From: an uncultured Propylenella sp.
Lineage (GTDB): Bacteria > Pseudomonadota > Alphaproteobacteria > Rhizobiales > Afifellaceae
DNA: 64,000 nucleotides
Direction of reading: 5' to 3'
Assembly (NCBI GenBank): GCA_964440525.1
Contig: CAYTTC010000005.1
Span: 22,594 to 86,593, forward strand
Below, in pieces: positions 37,202 to 47,063 of this stretch (within the stretch, counting starts at the first letter, position 1; each line of letters opens with the position of its first letter). The notes below the pieces were generated by a model that did no database searches, was not told where the DNA came from, and was given only the letters and a program-made list of their open reading frames with translations. The position numbers were made by a program, and so were the translations under genes.

Positions 37202-38137
37202 TCAGGCGGACGCGCCGATCCCCGCGCCGATTTCCGCTCTACCCGCCTTCCGCGCCGCCGCGATCACCGTATTCGCCATCAGCATGGCGATCGTCATTGG
37301 GCCGACGCCGCCGGGAACCGGCGTGATCCATCCCGCCACGCGCGATGCCGCCGCAAAATCCACGTCGCCGACAAGCTTGGTCTTCCCCTCGCCCTTTTCC
37401 GGCGCGGGCACGCGGTTGATGCCGACGTCGATGATGCAGGCGCCGGGCTTCACGAAGTCGCCCTTCACCATCTCCGGCCGACCAACCGCCGCCACCAGGA
37501 TGTCGCCGCGCCGGCAGACGCTCGCGAGGTCGCGTGTGCGGCTATGGCAGATCGTGACCGTGCAATTTTCGGCGAGGAGCAGCTGCGCCACCGGCTTGCC
37601 GACGATGTTGGAGCGGCCCACCACCACGGCCTCGAGACCCGAAAGATCGCTGCCCAATGCGTGCTTCACGAGGATGACGCTGCCGGCCGGCGTGCAGGGC
37701 ACCAGCGCCTGATCGCGGGCGCCCGACGCGAGCCTCCCGACATTGACTGGATGAAACCCGTCCACGTCCTTGTCGGGGTCGATGGCAAGAAGCACCTTCG
37801 ACTCGTCGATGTGTTTTGGCAGCGGCAGCTGCACGAGGATGCCGTGGATCGCCGGATCGGCGTTGAGCTTTCCGACAAGTCCCAGGAGTTCGGCCTCGGA
37901 GGTCTCCGCGGGCAAAGTATGCTGCTCAGAATGAAAGCCGCATTCCTCCGCCGTTCGGCTCTTGCTTTTGACATAGATCGCGCTCGCCGGGTTTTCGCCC
38001 ACCAGCACCACCGCGAGACCGGGCTTCACGGCGAGTTCCGACATGAGGCGGTCGCGCGCGTCCTTGACGTTCTCGATGACCGCCGCGGCGACCCGCTTTC
38101 CGTCGATCAGCCGCGCCGAGGTTGCCGCTTGATCCAT
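37202..38137 (-). CDS. folD: Bifunctional methylenetetrahydrofolate dehydrogenase/methenyl-THF cyclohydrolase
   Basis: 311-aa ORF with [48 protein letters not shown] and PGGVGPMT motifs. Confidence 0.95.
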   Translation of the reverse strand: MDQAATSARLIDGKRVAAAVIENVKDARDRLMSELAVKPGLAVVLVGENPASAIYVKSKSRTAEECGFHSEQHTLPAETSEAELLGLVGKLNADPAIHGILVQLPLPKHIDESKVLLAIDPDKDVDGFHPVNVGRLASGARDQALVPCTPAGSVILVKHALGSDLSGLEAVVVGRSNIVGKPVAQLLLAENCTVTICHSRTRDLASVCRRGDILVAAVGRPEMVKGDFVKPGACIIDVGINRVPAPEKGEGKTKLVGDVDFAAASRVAGWITPVPGGVGPMTIAMLMANTVIAAARKAGRAEIGAGIGASA

Positions 38138-38243
38138 TTACCTCTCCCGCTCCCACCGCAATCGCTTCTAACAGCAGGTGCGCGCTCGACATGTCAGTTT
38201 GCGACAACGGACAGCCGACCCGCTTGAACGCCGTCGTTCTCCG

Positions 38244-38266
38244 CTATACGTATTCAATACGTATAG
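38244..38266. promoter_or_regulatory. Perfect palindrome, candidate operator of the mazEF-like module
   Basis: CTATACGTA-TTCAA-TACGTATAG (9-bp arms), ending 10 nt before the antitoxin ATG at 38277. Confidence 0.4.
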
Positions 38267-38276
38267 GAACACGTCG

Positions 38277-38507
38277 ATGTCAAAGAAGCTCACAATCACC
38301 GTTGACGACGAAGTCTACGAGGGTCTCCACGCCCGGATCGGCCGACGACGCATAAGCCGATTCCTCAACGATCTCGCGCGTCCGCATGTTTCTGATCGGG
38401 ACCTCGAGGAAGGTTACAGAGCCATGGCGGCGGACGAAGAAAGGGAGCGCGAAGCTCTCGAGTGGATTGAGGGTATCGTCGAGGACATCGCTGATGACCC
38501 GAGATAG
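38277..38507 (+). CDS. Antitoxin of the MazF/PemK module (RHH-like)
   Basis: 76 aa starting MSKKLTITVDDEVYEGLHARIGRRRISRFLNDL, with an acidic C-terminus. 14-nt overlap with the downstream toxin. The track start at 38178 is likely too long. Confidence 0.7.
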   Translation: MSKKLTITVDDEVYEGLHARIGRRRISRFLNDLARPHVSDRDLEEGYRAMAADEEREREALEWIEGIVEDIADDPR

Positions 38508-38832
38508 GTGGCCGCGACGGGGCGAGGTTTGGTGGGTGACGTTCGGGGCGTCGATCGGCGGCGAGATCAAGAAAACGAGGCCGGCGGTCATAATCAGCCG
38601 TGACAACTCCAACCAAAGCCTAAATCGAGTCCAAGTCGTGCCACTCACAAGCAGCACGGACCGTCTCTTTCCCTCCGAAGCCTACGTCACATTTCGCGGC
38701 GGACGACACAAGGCTTTGGCCGACCAGCTAGGCTCGGTCAGCAAGCTTCGGCTTCGAGAGATGATCGGCAATCTTGATCGCGAGGACGTCGCCGCCGTCG
38801 AGCGCGCTGTCCGCGTACAGTTGGATCTTTAG
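38494..38832 (+). CDS. MazF/PemK-family toxin
   Basis: MTRDRWPRRGEVWWVTFGASIGGEIKKTRPAVIIS...VVPLTSS pattern typical of PemK/MazF. ATG at 38494. Confidence 0.8.
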   Translation: MTRDRWPRRGEVWWVTFGASIGGEIKKTRPAVIISRDNSNQSLNRVQVVPLTSSTDRLFPSEAYVTFRGGRHKALADQLGSVSKLRLREMIGNLDREDVAAVERAVRVQLDL

Positions 38833-38967
38833 ATGAGCGGAATCGTGCTGCGGCGGCTTGCGCCAACAGTATGCAGGCACCGTGGATCGGGCGAGCAGCG
38901 CTGACATCCGGACAAGCGCGAGCCGCCGGCCTTTCGACCGGCAGCCCGCAATGCCCCGGCGAACCGG

Positions 38968-39138
38968 CTACACGGCTCGGCCGCGCATCGCTCCCGCGAC
39001 GGCCGAGATCAGGAACAGCACGATCGCGACAAAGAAGATGATCTTGGCGATACCGATCGCCGTGCCGGCAATGCCGCCGAAGCCGAGCAGCGCCGCGATC
39101 AGCGCGATGATGAGAAAGGTGAGAGCCCAACCCAACAT
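38968..39138 (-). CDS. UPF0391/DUF1328 small membrane protein
   Basis: [47 protein letters not shown] matches the UPF0391 pattern. ATG at 39138 (alternative 39150). Confidence 0.75.
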   Translation of the reverse strand: MLGWALTFLIIALIAALLGFGGIAGTAIGIAKIIFFVAIVLFLISAVAGAMRGRAV

Positions 39139-39238
39139 GAAAGCCTCCATGTCTTCGACGCGCAAAAGCGCGTCGTTTGCGGGTGAACGCAAACGAAGAC
39201 ATTTGGTTTCATCGCAGTCTTCTGCTGGGGTGGCGCGG

Positions 39239-39682
39239 CTACGGAAGAATGCCGGAAACATAACCGCCGCCTTCCGGCGGCAACGTCAGCGTCTCGCCCC
39301 GCATTCGCGGATTGAAGCTGAGATGCACCCACCGCCTTTTCTCGTGAATCAGCTGATCGAACTTGATTGCGGAAGCTTTGATCGCCTGGCAGATGTCGAA
39401 CGGCGTTCCGAAGAGCGGGCTCACAAAATCAACAGCCCAGCCCAAGGCGTGATCGGAATTCGACACTCCGTTCACCGCCGCGTTGAGCGTCGGGTTGCGA
39501 TAGCCCGACGAAATCTTCATGGGCTGTCCGAGGAGCGTGCGCACCGGCTCCAGCGCGATGGCGAGTGCCTCAAGATTGAGGAGATGCTCCGGTGTCGGCG
39601 TATTGTCGATGCCCTGGCTTTGCGCCGTGTCCGACGCGATGAACTCCTCGAGCGTGAAATGCGGACTGAGCTGTTGCGGCAT
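39239..39682 (-). CDS. Peptidase M15-family (D-Ala-D-Ala carboxypeptidase-like, phage-lysin type) hydrolase
   Basis: 147-aa ORF with [20 protein letters not shown] and a later H, matching the metal-ligand pattern of the M15A/M15_3 family. No signal peptide. Confidence 0.72.
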   Translation of the reverse strand: MPQQLSPHFTLEEFIASDTAQSQGIDNTPTPEHLLNLEALAIALEPVRTLLGQPMKISSGYRNPTLNAAVNGVSNSDHALGWAVDFVSPLFGTPFDICQAIKASAIKFDQLIHEKRRWVHLSFNPRMRGETLTLPPEGGGYVSGILP

Positions 39683-39814
39683 GGTCTGGCTCCCTCGTCA
39701 GATCGCATCTGAGCCCCGCTTGCCCGACTACGATCGCAACCAGAGGTATACCACATGACAAGAAATGGAGCACCCAATTCTCAACGAGCACGCGTCCCCG
39801 CGCCGGGCGCTACG

Positions 39815-40402
39815 CTAGGGCGACTCCAACTCCTCCAGCATCAGGCGCTGCACGATTACGAGCGTCTTGGCATCCTCGATCGTACCCTGCCGCGCCATGT
39901 AGAAAAGCTCGGGAAGCGTCAGTTCCACGACTTCGATGTTCTCGCCCTCATGCAGATTGCCACTGCCTTGCTTGCGCAGGTCGCCGGCCGAAACCTCGGC
40001 GACATAGAGATAGATGCGTTCGGTCAGCGTACCGGCGGAGGGGAGGATGCTGCCGAGGCTCCTGAGTCCGCCGATAGTGACGCCGATCTCCTCTTCCGCC
40101 TCGCGTCTCGCGGCGTCTTCCGGCGTCTCTCCCGGATCGAGGATGCCGGCGCAGGCCTCGAGGAGATAGGGGTCGGCGCCCCGCCCGAGCAGCCCGGCGC
40201 GCCACTGCCGCACCAGGATAGCGACGCCTCGGCCGCGGTCGATCACCAGGACGGCGGCCGCATGGCCGTGATCGATGACCTCGCGCGTGTGCCGGCGGAG
40301 CGTGCCGGCGGCATCGGCCGCCTCCACCGTCACGATGTCGAGGGTGTTCCAGCCGTTGTAGATGCGCGTAGTCTCAACGACGCGCGGAAACTCGCCTTTC
40401 AT
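39815..40402 (-). CDS. NUDIX hydrolase (ADP-ribose pyrophosphatase-like)
   Basis: Nudix box GILDPGETPEDAARREAEEEIGV. Confidence 0.85.
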   Translation of the reverse strand: MKGEFPRVVETTRIYNGWNTLDIVTVEAADAAGTLRRHTREVIDHGHAAAVLVIDRGRGVAILVRQWRAGLLGRGADPYLLEACAGILDPGETPEDAARREAEEEIGVTIGGLRSLGSILPSAGTLTERIYLYVAEVSAGDLRKQGSGNLHEGENIEVVELTLPELFYMARQGTIEDAKTLVIVQRLMLEELESP

Positions 40403-40473
40403 GCGCTTTGAAGCCCCATCGCCATTCGATACATCTGAGGGATCGGCATGCGGGCGCGCACGTCAACAGCGGA

Positions 40474-41406
40474 TCACGCAGCGGCCGCGTCCTGACCGCG
40501 GAAGTTATCCACGATGTGGCTCTCGAGCGCATCGAACAACGGTCCGATCGCGCTGGGGGAGCGCTTGAGCTCGATCTCCAGGTAGCCGAGTTGCGGCAGG
40601 TTCACGTCCTCTCCGAATATCTTCAGCTCGCCTTGCACGGCCGAGCGCGGGAACGGCGCGATGGCCAGACCTCCCATCACGGCGACGAGCTGGCCGACAT
40701 AGTGCTGGCTGGAATAGGCGATGCGGTAGGGAATCCCCTCGCGGTCGAGCGCGCTCAGCGCCTGCCTCCGCCAGCAGCAGCCGACGTGGGAGAGGGCAAG
40801 CGGAAGCGGGCTCTTCTCATGTGCGCATCCATGTCGGAGTCCCGCCCAGACGAGCGGTTCGCGGTGCACGGTCATACCGGCCGGTTGCCCATGGCCGGCA
40901 CTCACGAGCGCGATATCGATCGTGTTGTGGTCGAGCCTGTTCAGCAGCTCGCTGCTCGACTGGCACGAGATATCGACCTCGACGTCGGGGTGGCTCGCAG
41001 CGAAGCGAGCAAGGATCTTCGGCAGGTACTGTGACGCGTAGTCGTCGGGCATGCCAAGGCGGATCGTGCCCTGGATTTGCGGTGCGCGGAATCGCTGCAA
41101 CGCCTCGTCCGCGAGCTTCAAGATCCGTCGCCCGTAGCTGACCAGCGCCTCGCCGTCGGGCGTCAGGATCACCGAGCGGCCGTCCTTCGCAAAAAGCGGG
41201 CGCGCCACCTGCTCCTCGAGCTTCTTCATCTGCATGGAAACCGCCGACGGCGTGCGGAACACACCGCGCGCCGCGCGACTGAAGCTGCCCGTATCGGCGA
41301 TCGCCACCAGCGTGCGCAGAAGGTCGAGCTCAAGGCCGGCGCCGCCGCGGAATTCAAGGCTCGTCTCACTCTCCTGCAACTTCGAATTCAATGCCACAAC
41401 GCTCAT
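40474..41406 (-). CDS. LysR-family transcriptional regulator
   Basis: LDLLRTLVAIADTGSFSRAARGVFRTPSAVSMQMKKLEEQV HTH plus a substrate-binding domain. ATG at 41406 is preceded by GGAGG. The N-terminal 164 aa of the track ORF were rejected. Confidence 0.85.
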   Translation of the reverse strand: MSVVALNSKLQESETSLEFRGGAGLELDLLRTLVAIADTGSFSRAARGVFRTPSAVSMQMKKLEEQVARPLFAKDGRSVILTPDGEALVSYGRRILKLADEALQRFRAPQIQGTIRLGMPDDYASQYLPKILARFAASHPDVEVDISCQSSSELLNRLDHNTIDIALVSAGHGQPAGMTVHREPLVWAGLRHGCAHEKSPLPLALSHVGCCWRRQALSALDREGIPYRIAYSSQHYVGQLVAVMGGLAIAPFPRSAVQGELKIFGEDVNLPQLGYLEIELKRSPSAIGPLFDALESHIVDNFRGQDAAAA

Positions 41407-41581
41407 TTCGGCCTCCGGCGGATCGTTCAACCGTATTGACCGTATAGATAAGATCAATTCGCTTGATTGAGCAATAGAGAATTGGCAAATATGCGTCACG
41501 AGCCAGGCCCACCCGACCTGACCCCTGCAAGAGATGGACGATCCAACGCTGGGCAGTTCCAGCGAACGAAGGAGATTTGTC

Positions 41582-41857
41582 ATGCGCAACGCTGCATCAT
41601 TTATCGCCAGCCAGAGCCGATCGGCCGAGGCTGGAGTCCTGCAAACCGTCCTTCGGAAGGCCCACGCGACGATTGAGGCGTGGAAGCAACGCAAGCAGAT
41701 TCGGGCGCTTGTCGATTTCGACGACCACATGCTCGCCGATATCGGCCTCAGCCGGCGGGACGTTCGCGAAGCTCTCGAGCTCCCCTTCTCCCATGATCCG
41801 GGCCGCGAGCTGCAATTGCGGGCGTCGCACAGTCGATCGCGCGGATGGAACATTTGA
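41582..41857 (+). CDS. DUF1127 domain protein
   Basis: ..RALVDFDDHMLADIGLSRRDV.. signature. ATG at 41582 follows AAGGAG. Divergent from the LysR gene. Confidence 0.75.
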   Translation: MRNAASFIASQSRSAEAGVLQTVLRKAHATIEAWKQRKQIRALVDFDDHMLADIGLSRRDVREALELPFSHDPGRELQLRASHSRSRGWNI

Positions 41858-41942
41858 CCGGGCGGCCAGCTCCCGCGACAGCGCGGGCAAGGTTCCAACC
41901 GCGAGCGAACATGCTATCGGGGCTCCCTCAAAAGGAGCCCCG

Positions 41943-44588
41943 ATGCGCACCGAGACCCCTCCCCTCATCCGCCTCGAAGATTATCGCCCGACCGACTACC
42001 TGATCGACGCGGTCGATCTCGATATTCGCTTGGCGCCGGAGGCCGCGCGCATCGTCTCGAGACTTTCCGTCCGACCCCGCGAAGCCACTCCCCCACATAC
42101 GCCGCTCGTGCTCGCCGGCGACGGCCTCGTCCTCAAGAACTTTTCGCTCGATTCAAGTGTCCTTGCAGATGACGCCTACGAGGCGACTCCCGATCGCCTG
42201 ACCCTTCACGCGCCGCCGGCCGGTCCATTCGATCTTGAGATCGTGACGGAGGTGAACCCGGCGGCAAACAGCGCGCTGATGGGGCTCTATCTCTCAAACG
42301 GCATCTACACGACGCAATGCGAGGCGGAAGGCTTTCGCCGCATCACCTATTTTCTCGACCGACCGGACGTCCTCTCCGTCTATACGACGCGGATCGAGGC
42401 CGATCAGCGCGAGGCGCCGATCCTCCTCTCCAATGGCAATCCGATGGAGGTCGGCGCCATCGAGGGCAGCGGCCGTCATTTCGCGGTCTGGCACGACCCT
42501 TTTCCGAAGCCGAGCTATCTCTTCGCGGTCGTCGGTGGCGCGCTCGCCTCGATCCACGACACCTTCACGACGCGCTCCGGGAAAAAAGTGCGGCTCGGCA
42601 TCTACTGCGAGCCGGGCAAGGAGGAGCGCTGCCGCTATGCGCTCGACGCGCTGAAGCGCTCAATGCGCTGGGATGAAGAGCGTTTCGGGCTCGAATACGA
42701 CCTCGACGTCTTCAACATCGTCGCCGTCTCCCACTTCAACATGGGCGCGATGGAGAACAAGGGCCTCAATATCTTCAACGACAAATACGTGCTGGTCGAT
42801 CCGGAGACCGGCACCGATCAGGACTACGCCCATGTCGAGGGTGTCATCGCCCACGAATATTTTCACAATTGGACCGGCAACAGAATCACTTGCCGCAACT
42901 GGTTCCAGCTCTGCCTGAAGGAAGGTCTGACGGTTTTTCGCGACCAGGAATTCACCGCCGATGTCCGCTCGCGCGCGGTCGAGCGGATCGCCGACGTGGC
43001 GGGCCTGCGCCAGCAGCAGTTCCCAGAGGACGCCGGCCCGCTTGCTCATCCGGTCCGCCCGACGAGCTACCGCGAGATCAACAACTTCTATACCGCCACC
43101 GTCTACGAGAAGGGCGCCGAGGTCTGTCGCATGCTGCAGACCTTGCTCGGCCGCGACGGTTTTCGCGCCGGCATGGATCTCTATTTCGAGCGGCACGACG
43201 GCGAAGCGGCGACTATCGAGGATTTTCTCGCCTGTTTCGCCGACGCGACCGGCACCGATCTCACGCAGTTCGCGCTTTGGTACCATCAGGCGGGTACACC
43301 GACGATCACATTCGCTCACCGCTACGAGCCGGAAAAGGAACGGCTGACGCTGGAGGTGAAGCAGGATCTGCCGGAAACGCCTGACCGTAATCCGAAGCTG
43401 CCTATGCACATTCCGATCGCCTTCGGGTTGGTCGGGCCTGACGGACAGGATCTGAGTTTTTCGAAAGCGAGCGGCGCCGCCGTGGAGGGTGGCGTTATCC
43501 ACCTCATCAAGGGGCGCCAGGAGATCGTCTTCGACGGCGTGCGTGCGCACGCGATCCCCTCGCTCTTCCGCGAATTCTCCGCGCCGGTACAAGTGCAATC
43601 GGATTTGACGCCGGAGGAACGTCTCTTCCTCATCGGCCGCGATCCCGATCCATTCAATCGCTGGGAGGCGGCGCAGCAGGTCGCGCTCGGTATGCTCGAA
43701 CGCGCGACGGCGGCGCTCCGCGCCGGAGCGACGCCCGAATTCGATCCCCGCTTTGCGGAGGAGCTTCAGCGCCTCGCCGACAATGACGAGCTCGATCCGG
43801 CTTTTCGCGCGCTCGCGCTGCAGGTTCCGAGCGAGATCGATATTGCCCAGGCGATTGCCCGCGACATCGATCCCGATGCAATTTATCGAGCGCGCCTAGC
43901 GCTGCAGGCCTCGCTCGGCCAGGCGATCGGGAACGCGGTGGCGGAGGCCGCGGACCGGGCGGCCCCGAGCCGTCCCTATTCGCCAGACGCCGACAATGTC
44001 GGCCGCCGGTCCTTCGCGCATGCCGCCTGGAATCTCCTTGTGGCAAGCGGGACGATGGCCGGCGCCGACCTCGTTGAGCGACACGCGCAGGCGGAGAATC
44101 TCACCGACCGCCTCGCCGCGCTCCGCCTGCTGGTGCATTACGGACTTGCCGGCGCCGACGAAGCGCTCGACCAGTTTCACGCGCGCTATCGCGATAACCC
44201 GCTGGTGCTCGACAAATGGTTCGCCGTGCAGGCGGCTGCGCCGAGCCGTTCCGCGCTCGACCGGGTCGAGGCGCTCACAAAACACTCCGCCTTCTCATTC
44301 AAGAATCCGAACCGCGTCTACGCGCTTATCCGCTCCTTCGCCGCCTTCAACCCGGTCGGCTTCAACCGGCCGGACGGCGCCGGCTATCGCTTCGTGGCGG
44401 GCGTGATCTCCGACCTCGACCGGCAGAACCCTTCGGTCGCTGCGCGCATCGCAACGGCATTCCGCTCTTGGCGCATGCTCGAGCCGACGCGGCGCGGCGA
44501 GGCCGAGAGCACGCTGCGAAAAATGCAGCAATCGGAGCCTCTGTCGCGCGATCTCGGGGACATCCTGACGCGCACGCTCGAAGGCTGA
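41943..44588 (+). CDS. pepN: Aminopeptidase N
   Basis: GAMENKGLNIF and HEYFHNWTGNR..(18)..E zinc motif. ATG at 41943 follows AAAGGAG. The upstream part of the track ORF was rejected. Confidence 0.9.
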   Translation: MRTETPPLIRLEDYRPTDYLIDAVDLDIRLAPEAARIVSRLSVRPREATPPHTPLVLAGDGLVLKNFSLDSSVLADDAYEATPDRLTLHAPPAGPFDLEIVTEVNPAANSALMGLYLSNGIYTTQCEAEGFRRITYFLDRPDVLSVYTTRIEADQREAPILLSNGNPMEVGAIEGSGRHFAVWHDPFPKPSYLFAVVGGALASIHDTFTTRSGKKVRLGIYCEPGKEERCRYALDALKRSMRWDEERFGLEYDLDVFNIVAVSHFNMGAMENKGLNIFNDKYVLVDPETGTDQDYAHVEGVIAHEYFHNWTGNRITCRNWFQLCLKEGLTVFRDQEFTADVRSRAVERIADVAGLRQQQFPEDAGPLAHPVRPTSYREINNFYTATVYEKGAEVCRMLQTLLGRDGFRAGMDLYFERHDGEAATIEDFLACFADATGTDLTQFALWYHQAGTPTITFAHRYEPEKERLTLEVKQDLPETPDRNPKLPMHIPIAFGLVGPDGQDLSFSKASGAAVEGGVIHLIKGRQEIVFDGVRAHAIPSLFREFSAPVQVQSDLTPEERLFLIGRDPDPFNRWEAAQQVALGMLERATAALRAGATPEFDPRFAEELQRLADNDELDPAFRALALQVPSEIDIAQAIARDIDPDAIYRARLALQASLGQAIGNAVAEAADRAAPSRPYSPDADNVGRRSFAHAAWNLLVASGTMAGADLVERHAQAENLTDRLAALRLLVHYGLAGADEALDQFHARYRDNPLVLDKWFAVQAAAPSRSALDRVEALTKHSAFSFKNPNRVYALIRSFAAFNPVGFNRPDGAGYRFVAGVISDLDRQNPSVAARIATAFRSWRMLEPTRRGEAESTLRKMQQSEPLSRDLGDILTRTLEG

Positions 44589-44708
44589 ACTGTGGTCAAT
44601 AACGACCAGAATGAAATATCGAGAGAGATGTAGACAAGCTGATTCCTCCTGATTCAAATGGAGGTGATTCGGCGGCGGTGCCCCGATCGGAATTAGAGGA
44701 GGCACGGC

Positions 44709-47051
44709 ATGACGCGGCCACGGGGGGCCATCGCGTCGGCTCTTCGGCGCATACCCGACTTCCAGCACTTGAACAGTGCGGCCCTGGCCGGCCATGCCCG
44801 GCTTTTCATCCATCCGGCCTATGCGCGGCTCGTCAACAGCGAACCCTACGTCAAGCGATTGATCCCGATCCTCATCGTCCTCTTCGTCGTAGCGCTCGGG
44901 ATCATGCGCGTCGTTGCGCTCTACCAGGCGCATAGCGAGGCGCAGGCGAGCGCCGAGCTGCGGCTGTCGCTGGTAGCCAAGGCGGTCGTCAGCGAGCTCG
45001 CGCAATCCCGCCTGCCGCTTTCCCTGACCGAACCGTCGGAAATGCTGCAGGGCCAGCTCGAGAACGCGCTGCCGCCGCTCGCGACCGACCTTGGCCGCCA
45101 GATCCTCGTGATGGATCCTCAGGGCATGGTTGTCGCCGAAAGCCCGCGCGAGCCGCAAAGGGTCGGCCGCTATATCGACGAGATCCTCGGGCCGAGCCAG
45201 CCGCTGACGACGCTCGGCGAACGGGCCGGCGTGCTAAAACTGACTCTCGCCTCCGACGAAGAGGTGATCGCCACCGTCCATCACAATCTCGACGGCGTCG
45301 GCGCGATCGCCGTGCTGCAACCGGCATCGGGAGCCTTTGCCGAATGGCGGCGGACCGTCTCGCGCGAGGCGACCGTCTTCGTGGCGACGAGCGTGGTGCT
45401 GGTCATCCTCGGCTTTGCCTATCACGCACAGACCGCCCGCTCGCATGAGGCGGACTTCATCTATACGGCGACGCAGACCCGCGTCCACACGGCGCTGCGC
45501 CGCGGCCGCTCGGGTCTATGGGAGTGGGATCTGTCGCGCGGCGCGATCTTCTGGTCGCAGTCGATGTTCGAGATTCTCGGCCTTGAGCCGCAGAACCGCT
45601 TGCTCTCGGTCAGCGAGGTTGCCGAGCTGACGCATCCCGACGACGCCGACCTCGTCGAGCTCGCCAATGGATTGATCCGGACCGGAGAAAGTCACCTCGA
45701 CCGCGAATTCCGCATGCGGCACGCCGACGGGCACTGGATCTGGATCCGCGCCCGCGCCGAGGTCGTCGCCGACGCCGAGGACGAGCCGCATCTCGTGGGC
45801 ATCGCCGTCGACGTCACCGAGCAGCGGCGGCTCGCGGAAGCTTCGCGCACCGCCGACATCCGTCTCCGCGACGCCATCGAGGCGATCTCGGAAGCCTTCG
45901 TGCTGTGGGACGCGGGGAACCGGCTCGTGCTGTGCAACAGCAAGTATCAGCAGCTCTATGGCCTTCCCGACGAGCTCGTCCAACCCGGAACCGCCTACGA
46001 CGAGATCGCGCGGAGCGGGCGCCGGCCGATCATCTCGAACACTTTTCCGATCGCCGAGGAAAGCACCGGCTCGCGCTCGGTCGAGGCGCGCGTCGAGGAC
46101 GGCCGCTGGCTGCAGATCAACGAGCGGCGGACCGACGACGGCGGCTTCGTCTCGGTCGGCACCGACATCACGGCGCTGAAGGAGAACGAGGCGCAGCTCC
46201 TGGAGAACGAGAGGGCGTTGACCGAGACGGTGGCCGATCTGCGGCGCTCGCGCCAGCAGCTCGAAAAGCAGGCGCAACAGCTCGTCGAGCTCGCCGAGAA
46301 ATACGCGGTGGAGAAGGACAAGGCGGAGGACGCCAACCGCATCAAGTCGGAATTCCTGGCCAATGTCTCGCATGAGCTCCGGACGCCGCTCAACGCCATC
46401 ATCGGCTTCTCCGAGCTGATGCTTTCCGGCGCCTTCGGCCCGCTCGGCGACACGAAATACGACGGCTATTGCCGCGACATCAACGAGGCCGGCACGTTCC
46501 TGCTCAGGGTCATCTCCGACATTCTCGATATGGCGCGGCTCGAGGCCGGGCGGATCGAAATCGACCGCGAGCCGATGGACCTCGATCTGGCGGTCGCCGA
46601 CACGCTCAAAAGCTTCGAGGCGGAAGCCGAGCGGAGCCACATCGCGATCGTCGCCGACATAACGGCGGGGATCACGCTCACCGCCGACAAGGAGGCCGTG
46701 CGCCAGGTGCTCGCGAACCTCGTCTCGAACGCCGTCAAGTTCACGCCAGAGGGCGGCGCCATCACGATCCGGACAAGTAGCGGCCGCAATGGCGTGACCG
46801 TGACAGTTGAGGATACCGGCATCGGCATCCCGGCTGCGGCGCTGGAAAAACTCGGCCGGCCGTTTGAGCAGGTGCAGAGCCCGCTGACCCGCAGCCACAA
46901 GGGCTCCGGCCTCGGCCTTGCGATTTCGCGCTCGCTCGTCGTGCTCCACGGCGGCGAGATGAGCATCGTCTCCAACGAGGGCGCCGGCACGACGGTCAGC
47001 GTGTTCTTCCCATTCCGCCCCGCCAGCGCTTCAACGGCGACGGCGGCGTGA
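44709..47051 (+). CDS. PAS-domain sensor histidine kinase (PleC/DivJ/PdhS-like)
   Basis: 780 aa with an N-terminal TM/periplasmic region, PAS repeats, HELRTPLNAIIGFSELM H-box, ..DILDMARLEAGR.. and an HATPase domain (GTGIGI, GSGLGLAIS). AGAGGAGG lies upstream. Confidence 0.85.
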   Translation: MTRPRGAIASALRRIPDFQHLNSAALAGHARLFIHPAYARLVNSEPYVKRLIPILIVLFVVALGIMRVVALYQAHSEAQASAELRLSLVAKAVVSELAQSRLPLSLTEPSEMLQGQLENALPPLATDLGRQILVMDPQGMVVAESPREPQRVGRYIDEILGPSQPLTTLGERAGVLKLTLASDEEVIATVHHNLDGVGAIAVLQPASGAFAEWRRTVSREATVFVATSVVLVILGFAYHAQTARSHEADFIYTATQTRVHTALRRGRSGLWEWDLSRGAIFWSQSMFEILGLEPQNRLLSVSEVAELTHPDDADLVELANGLIRTGESHLDREFRMRHADGHWIWIRARAEVVADAEDEPHLVGIAVDVTEQRRLAEASRTADIRLRDAIEAISEAFVLWDAGNRLVLCNSKYQQLYGLPDELVQPGTAYDEIARSGRRPIISNTFPIAEESTGSRSVEARVEDGRWLQINERRTDDGGFVSVGTDITALKENEAQLLENERALTETVADLRRSRQQLEKQAQQLVELAEKYAVEKDKAEDANRIKSEFLANVSHELRTPLNAIIGFSELMLSGAFGPLGDTKYDGYCRDINEAGTFLLRVISDILDMARLEAGRIEIDREPMDLDLAVADTLKSFEAEAERSHIAIVADITAGITLTADKEAVRQVLANLVSNAVKFTPEGGAITIRTSSGRNGVTVTVEDTGIGIPAAALEKLGRPFEQVQSPLTRSHKGSGLGLAISRSLVVLHGGEMSIVSNEGAGTTVSVFFPFRPASASTATAA

Positions 47052-47063
47052 GCACGTTCCTAC

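Noticed and set aside
37018-38227. Plus-strand ORFs 37018..37326, 37091..38227 and 37284..37712 as independent genes
   Set aside because: 37091..38227 and 37284..37712 are antisense shadows of folD. 37018..37326 is the displaced second half of the frameshifted gene, and its tail beyond about 37200 is antisense to folD.
41407-41898. N-terminal 164-aa extension of the LysR ORF; also the 41577..41942 extension of pepN
   Set aside because: The extensions have no family similarity and overlap the divergent DUF1127 gene. Internal ATGs with good Shine-Dalgarno sequences give proteins of canonical length.
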